DNA of 64,000 nt. It comes from Polyangiaceae bacterium (GTDB lineage: Bacteria > Myxococcota_A > Polyangia > Polyangiales > Polyangiaceae). The stretch spans positions 832,001-896,000 of the forward strand of contig CBDCTZ010000015.1 of NCBI GenBank assembly GCA_965222375.1, in the 5' to 3' direction. The notes under the pieces are model-generated. The model had not been told where the DNA came from. It saw nothing but the letters and a program-made list of their open reading frames with translations, and made no database searches. Positions 56,916-64,000 of the stretch are shown here, one piece after another. Numbering within the stretch: the stretch's first letter is position 1; each line of letters opens with the position of its first letter. A program made the position numbers and the translations under genes.

Positions 56916-58505
56916 ATGATGCATTGGCGAACTGTCGTCCTGGGAGTTTCGATCACCGCCCTCGCTGACCCTGTGAGGGCGGCGTGCCCACTTCTTACGC
57001 CGGCGTCCGGCGCTCCCTCAGTTCTTTGGGGGGAGCTGAGCCCGTTGGACAAGGGGCAGCTACCTGCAAATCGAGATAGCACCGACTTCAACGGCTTCCA
57101 GTTTCCCAATTCCAAGTACCCGCTGTGGGTGGACATCGATCACGCTGGCTCCTACCTTTTCCTGACCACGACCTTCGGTTTCCAGGTGTGGCAGCCAACC
57201 TCCGCTGGAAACCCAAAGCCACTACTCACCGTTAGCGGTTGGAAGAAGGGAGCAACTCCCGAGTGGGTTCCTCAAGGGGAAGCTACCAACTTTCCAATGA
57301 AAGCGGGTGCCGCCGCAAAGGTGGAGAAGGACGGCTATGTATACGTGGGCGTGGGCTTGGCCGGCACGATCATTTGGAGGTGGAATCCGGGTTCGCCGTT
57401 GAAGGTGCTCTATCAGCACCCTCTTGCGGCAAGTGGTCGAGATGCCTACGTCATGTCCAGTGGTTCGCGGTGGTACGCCTACACGGCTGGCGGACCGTTG
57501 CGCGCTTATGACATCACGCGCGCAAACGACTTCAGCGCCTGCGTCGAAAACCAAACTAGTCCAACCACCTGCAAGGGCGTTTTTCTTGGATCGCTACCGG
57601 GCAATACAGCCTCTGTGGCAGGTGTGGACGATATCATCGCAACCGCACTTCCGTGGGGCAACATTCGCCTTTTCCGGGCTATCGACCCGGCAAAGCCGAC
57701 GCTCTTGGTCACGTCGCCGCCATCCTTGACGAACGTCGGGGACGTGGCGATGTGGCAAGCGAACGGGAAGACTCTACTCGCTGCAGTCACGCACAACCCC
57801 TATGAAATGTTAATCTACGACGTTAGCGCCTGCGAGACCCCAGCGGGGTGTACGTCGTCGGTTTTCAAGCCGCTCTTCAAGAAGAAGCTCGAGTCCCCGG
57901 TGGGATCCGTCAAGCTGACTTATTCCGTGCAGGGAGCACGCCGGTTCTTGCATCACGCGTCCGGGGTGCATTGCCTATCTGGCCCCAGGGAGCACCTATT
58001 CGACGTGACCGATCTCACTAAGATCCGTGACGTAAGTCCGCGCCACACCACGACCATTCAGGTCCAGAGCAAGCCGGTTACCGTCGACTATTGGGGCTAC
58101 TACTATCCCGATGGTGCGGGCTTTAGCTTGGTTTCAGCCCACGGCGCGCTGTTCGTCGGGGACGATCTATATCGCATCGCCTACACTCTCTTTGACGTCC
58201 ACCAAACGCACTGGGCTCAGCCAACGGATGGCGGGGCCGATGCGAACGATGTGGATGCGGGAACGGATGCGAGCGACGCGAACGTCGGAGTTCCTGGTCG
58301 CGTGGATTCGGGTTCCAGGGACGCTTCCTCCAGCGATGCAGGTCCAGAACCTTCGGGTACCGGTACTCGTCCTTCTTCTGATGGCGGCGGCTGCAATTGC
58401 ACGCTGGGCGGGGCGGACGCTCGCCGCGATAACCCTGCCTGGGCATCGCTACTGATCTTCGGTCTGCTGGTTAGCCAGCGTCGAAAAGTGCGCTCGCCAA
58501 CATGA
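56916..58505 (+). CDS. Secreted beta-propeller-like protein with MYXO-CTERM
   Basis: Signal peptide, blade-like repeats, DAG linker, GGCNC..WASLLIFGLLVSQRRK. Confidence 0.8.
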   Translation: MMHWRTVVLGVSITALADPVRAACPLLTPASGAPSVLWGELSPLDKGQLPANRDSTDFNGFQFPNSKYPLWVDIDHAGSYLFLTTTFGFQVWQPTSAGNPKPLLTVSGWKKGATPEWVPQGEATNFPMKAGAAAKVEKDGYVYVGVGLAGTIIWRWNPGSPLKVLYQHPLAASGRDAYVMSSGSRWYAYTAGGPLRAYDITRANDFSACVENQTSPTTCKGVFLGSLPGNTASVAGVDDIIATALPWGNIRLFRAIDPAKPTLLVTSPPSLTNVGDVAMWQANGKTLLAAVTHNPYEMLIYDVSACETPAGCTSSVFKPLFKKKLESPVGSVKLTYSVQGARRFLHHASGVHCLSGPREHLFDVTDLTKIRDVSPRHTTTIQVQSKPVTVDYWGYYYPDGAGFSLVSAHGALFVGDDLYRIAYTLFDVHQTHWAQPTDGGADANDVDAGTDASDANVGVPGRVDSGSRDASSSDAGPEPSGTGTRPSSDGGGCNCTLGGADARRDNPAWASLLIFGLLVSQRRKVRSPT

Positions 58506-58542
58506 ACGCAAGCCCCCAACGTAGTCGAGACGGGAGACCCAC

Positions 58543-59490
58543 ATGATGACGCCGAAACACTTTGCTCTATTCGCTGCACTCTTTGCTTTGGGCTGCGGCG
58601 GCAGCTCCGATGATGGCGCCGGCGGTAGCGCCGGAGGGGGCAGCGGCGGAGCCGACGCCTCTACTACGGGCGGGAGCGGAGGCAGCGCGGGCAGCGCTGG
58701 GGGCAGCGCCGGTAGTGCGGGCAGCACCGGGTGCAGCCCTGCCTGCGGAACATCTCGGGAGTGTTGCAGTGGGCAGTGCACCAACTTGGCCAACGATCCG
58801 CGCAACTGCGGGGGCTGCGGCACCAAGTGCGGCGCCGACGAGTGGTGCAACGGCTCAGGCAAGTGCGAAAAGCGCCCCTGCACCACTACGTGCACAGACG
58901 CGAGCCGGTGTTGCGGCGGCGCCTGCTGCGACGCTGGAGAGATCTGCTGCGATCGCCAAGGTCCCGTGTCCGTTGGCCCTGAATGCACCAAGCCCGACGA
59001 CCGCGGGACCTGCCCCATGGGCTGCGCGCCCCTTTGTCAGTGCGCTTCGCCCGACACGCTTGTCGCGACCCCCGAGGGGCCTCGACCCATCTCTGAGCTG
59101 AAAACCGGGGACATGGTGTACAGCCTGCACCGAGGGCAGCTGACGGCGGTGCCGCTGGTCGGAACTCAACGCATCCTGGTACAGAACCATCGCGTGGTTC
59201 GCCTGGATTTCGAGGGCGGTGCCCGCATCGAAATGAGCGCCGGTCACCCCACTGCGGACGGTCGCGGTTTTGGCGCTCTCCGCGCGGGCCAAGAGGTGGA
59301 CGGCGTGCGCCTCGCCAGCGTGCGTGTGATCCCGTACAAGCACGACGCCACCTACGACATCCTCCCCCAATCCGACACCGGGGCGTACTTCGCCAGCGGC
59401 ATCCTCGTGGGGTCCACGATGAAGGCCACCCCAGTGGCCTCCGAGCTGAGCAGGCCACGAAGCGCCGTGCTGCGCAGCCAACACCGCTAG
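58543..59490 (+). CDS. Lipoprotein with Cys-rich repeats and C-terminal Hint domain
   Basis: ALGC lipobox, DPRNCGGCG (Stig1-like), CASPDTLVATPEG..ISELKTGD.V, SAGHP, TYDI..YFASGILVGST. Confidence 0.85.
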   Translation: MMTPKHFALFAALFALGCGGSSDDGAGGSAGGGSGGADASTTGGSGGSAGSAGGSAGSAGSTGCSPACGTSRECCSGQCTNLANDPRNCGGCGTKCGADEWCNGSGKCEKRPCTTTCTDASRCCGGACCDAGEICCDRQGPVSVGPECTKPDDRGTCPMGCAPLCQCASPDTLVATPEGPRPISELKTGDMVYSLHRGQLTAVPLVGTQRILVQNHRVVRLDFEGGARIEMSAGHPTADGRGFGALRAGQEVDGVRLASVRVIPYKHDATYDILPQSDTGAYFASGILVGSTMKATPVASELSRPRSAVLRSQHR

Positions 59491-59686
59491 ATCCCCGGCG
59501 GACCTCCCGAGAACTGGCCAGCACAGCCATCTCCGTGAGCTCGCAACCCCACTTCTGCCGTTTGGCACTCCACACCGAGCTTCCCTGTGCCCTGGCACCA
59601 GCGTTCTGCGGTTCGACTCGGGGCGCGAGCCGGCAGCTCAAGGGTTCCTCCAAGCGGCCGATGATCATGTCGAGCAAGAACACGAG

Positions 59687-61489
59687 ATGGCTAGTTGGAA
59701 CTCAGGGAGAACGCCAGCGATGGAAAGCGCAGCGGAGGAGTCAGAGGGACCAGGCCGGCGGTTCCGTCTCGACGAAGCCGGGCTGTTGACATGGCTCAAC
59801 CGGGAGCATCGGCAACGAGGAATAGTCTGGAAATACGGCGATTCCCCAAGGCTGTGGACGGATTTCGTCAGCATCGGCCACCACGAACGTTGCCTTGCTG
59901 CCGCAAACCGAATCCGCAGCGGCTCCTCGACCCAAGAATGCCTTGTCACCCGGTCCTCTTGGGGCAGCGATTGGGTCCGCTGGTACCTATGCGGCAATAC
60001 CGATGGTCCCATCTTGGGACATGCCTTCGACGCCAGCGAAGAACAGCAGACAGTCGAGCTGCATCGCATTGGCGTAGAAGCATCTCCAACCGGGCTTCTG
60101 ATCGTGGATCCCAGAGGCACCATCGTCATGGCAAATCACCAGGTCGAAGCCATGTTCGGCTACACCCGGAGCGAGCTTCTCGGCAGCCGGGTGGAAATTC
60201 TGCTTCCCAAGCAGCTTCGCGAACGCCACCCGGCCTTGATGGCGAGCTTCTTCAGGATGCCGGCCAGTCGCGCCATGGGTCAGGGAAGGGACCTCTTCGG
60301 TGCTCGAAAAGACGGTTCTGAGTTCGCCATCGAAATAGGCTTGAACCCAGCCCGCATAGGCACAGCGACCTTCGTGCTCGCGTCCATCGTGGACACCTCG
60401 GCGCGGAAGCTGCACGAGGCGGAGAGGCAGGAGCGGATGGCGGAGCTGCAGCAGTACCAACGCGAAACAGGCGTGCTCAGCGAGATGTCATCCTTGCTCC
60501 AGCACGCAACAACGCTAGAGGAAGCTCACCAGGTGGTCGCGGCCTTTGGCAAAGAGTTGCTAGCCTGTAGCGACGAAACGACCAATGTCGCCATCTACAC
60601 AGCGCGGTCCTCCCAAGACGCCCTGGAGCTGAGGTCCACCTGGGGCAAGTTGGCGCCTCCGAAGAGGTTTGCCATCGACGACTGCTGGGCACTGCGCCGC
60701 TGGCAGACCCACCAGGTCAGCCAGAACGAGGGATCCGTAACCCTGCCAAGGTGCAGCCACTCCGCCCACGAGGGCTGGCAGATGTGCATACCCATGGCGG
60801 CGCAAGGTCAAGCCACGGGGCTCATCAGCATCTACGGTTCCAGGGACGTGGGCGCGAGCGAGCGGAGCGACTTGGAGCGCGCCGCCAAGGCCGTAGCCGA
60901 TCAGCTCGCGCTGGCCGTCAGCAACCTGTCTCTGCGAGAATCCCTGCGCCAGATGGCAATCCGCGATCCATTGACCGGTCTGTTCAACCGCCGCCACATG
61001 GAAGACTCGGTTGCGCGGGAGCTAGCCCGGGCAAAGCGAAATGGGTGGCAGGTCTCCGTTTGGATGCTCGATATCGACCATTTCAAGAGGTTCAACGACA
61101 CCCACGGCCATCAAGCGGCGGATGAAGCACTCGCAGACTTCGGCCAGCACCTACAAAACGGCATCCGTGAGTCGGACATCGGATGCCGCTTCGGGGGTGA
61201 GGAGTTCGTCGCGGTACTGCCAGATTGCGGGAAGGAAGAGGCCGTTCACAAGGCCGATGCCTTCCGCCGGAGCATCAAGAAAAGCAATCTCGGTATCACA
61301 GTGTCAATCGGAGTTGCAGAGTTTCCCCAAGACGGTGGCAATTGGCAGACGGTCCTCCGAGCTGCGGACCTGGCCTTGTACGGCGCAAAGGCGGCGGGTC
61401 GAAATTGCGTGCAGTCCGCTGTCGGCATTGGCAGCGGGGACGATGGTCTCGACCAACCGCGTCTCGTCGAGGCCGCGGCGAGCGAATAG
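59687..61489 (+). CDS. PAS-GAF diguanylate cyclase
   Basis: PAS (MFGY..ELLG, RKDGSEF), GAF, DPLTGLFNRR, DIDHFK, RESD I-site, GGEEF. True start probably nearer 60000. Confidence 0.92.
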   Translation: MASWNSGRTPAMESAAEESEGPGRRFRLDEAGLLTWLNREHRQRGIVWKYGDSPRLWTDFVSIGHHERCLAAANRIRSGSSTQECLVTRSSWGSDWVRWYLCGNTDGPILGHAFDASEEQQTVELHRIGVEASPTGLLIVDPRGTIVMANHQVEAMFGYTRSELLGSRVEILLPKQLRERHPALMASFFRMPASRAMGQGRDLFGARKDGSEFAIEIGLNPARIGTATFVLASIVDTSARKLHEAERQERMAELQQYQRETGVLSEMSSLLQHATTLEEAHQVVAAFGKELLACSDETTNVAIYTARSSQDALELRSTWGKLAPPKRFAIDDCWALRRWQTHQVSQNEGSVTLPRCSHSAHEGWQMCIPMAAQGQATGLISIYGSRDVGASERSDLERAAKAVADQLALAVSNLSLRESLRQMAIRDPLTGLFNRRHMEDSVARELARAKRNGWQVSVWMLDIDHFKRFNDTHGHQAADEALADFGQHLQNGIRESDIGCRFGGEEFVAVLPDCGKEEAVHKADAFRRSIKKSNLGITVSIGVAEFPQDGGNWQTVLRAADLALYGAKAAGRNCVQSAVGIGSGDDGLDQPRLVEAAASE

Positions 61490-61535
61490 GTCTGCCCGTC
61501 AGGGGGCAGTCTGGCGAGGGTCGACCGAGAAACCG

Positions 61536-62198
61536 TCAACCGGCCACGAGGTGTTTCTCCAACAAGTCGACGAAGAAGATACTGAAGCGCTCACGATCGG
61601 CGAGATCCGAGTCCCCAAGCCACTGGGGCTTCTGCTGAGAAGTGAGAAACCACGTGGGCAGCGCGGTGATCAACAAGACCACGGCGCCGCGCAGGTCGAC
61701 TGGGCGCACAATCCCACGCTTGCGCAAGTGCTCGAGGGCCACCTCCACGAGCGCGATGGCGTCGCCCTGCAAGCGCGCCTCCTGTTCGATGACTTGGGCG
61801 GGCTGCTCGAGTAGGCGGAATAGGGTGATGCGTAGAAACGGCGTGTTGTCCGACATGTAGTCGTACACATCGTCGACCAGCGTCTGCAGCTGCGCGCGAA
61901 GCTCGGATGCGTCCTGCACTCGACTGAGCGCCGCAACCAGCGGCGCAATGGCGCGAACGAAAGCCTGCTGACCCAAGCGGTACACTTCGCCAAACAGCGC
62001 GGGCTTGTCCCCAAAGTGATATTTCAGGGTCGCGAGATCGATGCCCGCGCGGGTGGCGATTTGGCGCAGGGAGGTGCCCTCGTAGCCACTGTCGGCAAAG
62101 GCGGCGGTGGCGGCCTGGAGCACTCGAGCGCGCGTCGCCTCGCCATTGGCGCGGGTCGCCTTTCGGCGTCGGATGGGACTGTCGTTGCGAAATTGCAC
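61536..62198 (-). CDS. TetR-family transcriptional regulator
   Basis: F..SGYEGTSLRQIA.RAGI...TL.YHFGDK. Confidence 0.92.
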   Translation of the reverse strand: MQFRNDSPIRRRKATRANGEATRARVLQAATAAFADSGYEGTSLRQIATRAGIDLATLKYHFGDKPALFGEVYRLGQQAFVRAIAPLVAALSRVQDASELRAQLQTLVDDVYDYMSDNTPFLRITLFRLLEQPAQVIEQEARLQGDAIALVEVALEHLRKRGIVRPVDLRGAVVLLITALPTWFLTSQQKPQWLGDSDLADRERFSIFFVDLLEKHLVAG

Positions 62199-62226
62199 TG
62201 TTTTCCCTAGTTCCCAGTGAGGTTGC

Positions 62227-62269
62227 TTATTCCATCACAGAGTGGAATAATAATCCATCACTTGATGGA
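62227..62269. promoter_or_regulatory. Tandem palindromic operators (probable TetR sites)
   Basis: TTATTCCA-N8-TGGAATAA (62227..62250) and TCCATCA-CT-TGATGGA (62254..62269). Confidence 0.75.
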
Positions 62270-62279
62270 GAACAAGCTG

Positions 62280-63494
62280 ATGCAGATCGAAAAGCTCGAC
62301 GTCAATCCCCGTGCGGCCCGCTTCAACCGCCGGCTCGAACGGACGCTGAACACGGCCGTGCGTCGCGTCGACGGCGTCTTGGCCTTCACCCGTCTGGGCG
62401 GCCGCAAGGCGCGCTACGACGACGAAGCCTACGAGTTCATCGGCGGTGCCCGGGACGAGCTGCGTCGCAAACACTACGACAAGAGCCTGCGCCTGCTGTG
62501 GAAGGCCGAGCAGCACGCACCGTGGCTCGGTTTTCAAGACGCCGGCAAGCACGAACGATCTCTCTTGGAGCTCGCGGAGCAGTCGCTAACCGACGAAGAG
62601 AAGGCAGCGCGCAAACGGCTCAGCATGCCCGAGTACCGTGAGATGCTGAACCGCGAATACAGCGAGAGCCAGAAGCGGGCCATCGTTTCCGTCCTCAGCG
62701 CTATCGGACATGGCGAGGCGTATGCCTGGTTAGTATCCGCGGAACTACTCGGGGAAGTGAAGAGCACCGGCGCTCGCGCAGCGCTGACCATGCAGGTCAT
62801 GGAGGAAGCGAAGCACTTCGTCGTGCTGCGAGAGCTTCTCCAGGCTTTTGACGTGCCCATTCCGCGCCAATCCGCCTGGGAGTACATGCTGCTCGAAGGT
62901 GTCTCCAAGGCCAAAGGCTTGGAGAAGTTCTTCGGAATGAACGTCGTGGTCGAGGGCATCGCCCTGAGCCTTTTTGGTTTGATGAGCCACATGCCAGGAT
63001 TGGAAATCCTGCGGCTCTTCCACTTGGATGAGTCGCGACACACGGGCCTGCCCAGCAACTACTTCAAAGAGTTCCCGCTCAGCAAATGGCAGCGCTACAA
63101 CCCCGCGGCTCAAGCTCGCCGCATCAATCTGATCCTGCCGGCGCTGGGTCTGATCCCCTACCTCGAAGAGGACCTCGCGGAACTGGGCATCGACGCCTTC
63201 GAATTTGGTGGCTCCGTTCTGCGCAAGGTCTCCCATCTCGCCGAACGCAACGGCTTTCACTTCACGGTGCCTCGGGCCGTTCTCCTGGCTGAACTGAACG
63301 TCCTGTTCAACGGCTACTGCAAGTTGACCCGACCTGGGCACAGGTATCGAGACTTCATGGACTCGGACACGACCCGCGGCGAGCGCGAACGTGCCGTGGA
63401 GCGTGAAATCTTCTTTGACGGCAAGGCGAGATCGGAACGCAAGCCGGCTCGAGTCGCCGGCGGCGCGGGACACCCCCACGTGGCCCGCGCCTGA
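62280..63494 (+). CDS. Ferritin-like diiron-carboxylate protein
   Basis: GE..(EEAKH)..VE..(DESRH) four-helix ligand pattern; GGAG SD before ATG 62280. Confidence 0.8.
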   Translation: MQIEKLDVNPRAARFNRRLERTLNTAVRRVDGVLAFTRLGGRKARYDDEAYEFIGGARDELRRKHYDKSLRLLWKAEQHAPWLGFQDAGKHERSLLELAEQSLTDEEKAARKRLSMPEYREMLNREYSESQKRAIVSVLSAIGHGEAYAWLVSAELLGEVKSTGARAALTMQVMEEAKHFVVLRELLQAFDVPIPRQSAWEYMLLEGVSKAKGLEKFFGMNVVVEGIALSLFGLMSHMPGLEILRLFHLDESRHTGLPSNYFKEFPLSKWQRYNPAAQARRINLILPALGLIPYLEEDLAELGIDAFEFGGSVLRKVSHLAERNGFHFTVPRAVLLAELNVLFNGYCKLTRPGHRYRDFMDSDTTRGERERAVEREIFFDGKARSERKPARVAGGAGHPHVARA

Positions 63495-63678
63495 TTCGCG
63501 GCGTCCAGCGAGGCGCTAGCGGCTGCCGCTCGAGGGTTTGCGCGAGGCGAAGCTTGGGGAGCCACACCCAAGTTCGCCAGTAGCGAAGCTTTTGCGTGGT
63601 CGTAACACCGCTCAACTGCCGCGCGGATTGGTCTACACTTCCAACTCTCGCTGGTCTTCGTAGACAACCGTCCCAGTC

Positions 63679-64000
63679 ATGGCAGCAAAGAAGAAGCTTC
63701 CACCTTCGGAGCTAGATGCACCGACGGTTCCGAGCATTCCTTTCGATGTCATCACGGAGTCCGAAGATCTGCCGACCTTGGTCGAAGCCGCGCACGAGCT
63801 CGAGACGATGCATGCGGTGCCGGACTTCGCGCAGGAAGACGATCTGCCAACTGACATCCAACACGAGCTACCCTTCAGCAGCCCTGACGCCAGTGAGCAT
63901 ACAGCGGTCACCAAGGAATACGCACAGCCGCTACCCAGCGACGCTCGGCCACCGCCCAAGAGTTCGCACCCGGCACCCAGGAGTTCCCGCCCGCCACCCA
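63679..64000 (+). CDS. Acidic/Pro-rich hypothetical protein, 5' part only
   Basis: ATG 63679 MAAKKKLPPSELDAPT.., open to the window end. Confidence 0.55.
   Translation, partial: MAAKKKLPPSELDAPTVPSIPFDVITESEDLPTLVEAAHELETMHAVPDFAQEDDLPTDIQHELPFSSPDASEHTAVTKEYAQPLPSDARPPPKSSHPAPRSSRPPP

Noticed and set aside
63546..63578. Hairpin GGCGAAGCTTGGG..CCCAAGTTCGCC as an intrinsic terminator
   Set aside because: No immediate U-tract; function cannot be assigned.

Overview
GC-rich bacterial chromosome segment, almost certainly from a myxobacterium of the Polyangium/Sorangium type (inferred from MYXO-CTERM tails, Gly/Ser-linker Cys-rich lipoproteins, Hanks-type kinases and an FHA-domain sigma54 activator). 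About 45 genes, mostly secreted or surface proteins. I saw no rRNA, tRNA, transposase or CRISPR. Recognisable genes: two polysaccharide-lyase-like lipoprotein paralogs, two close beta-propeller lipoprotein paralogs, a Ser/Thr kinase / FHA-bEBP / TPR-PEGA module, alpha-2-macroglobulin plus pbpC, GT2, a cupredoxin, an FG-GAP protein, a thiolase, BamA/TamA, a diguanylate cyclase and a TetR / ferritin-like diiron pair. Most notable: (1) a Fur-box-preceded operon DUF4856-like -> imelysin -> one 1105-aa ORF fusing a sterol-desaturase-type membrane diiron domain to a TonB-dependent receptor through an internal signal-peptide-like linker; (2) four near-consensus sigma54 promoters, each 15-17 nt before the start of a secreted putative glycan-active gene, two of them sharing a GTGAC-N6-GTCAC-N3-GTGAC upstream element, next to the kinase/FHA-bEBP pair; (3) a lipoprotein with a C-terminal Hint domain; (4) a thioester-less A2M coupled to pbpC; (5) three secreted-protein genes that appear hollowed out by internal deletion. 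All family assignments come from motif recognition, not database searches.
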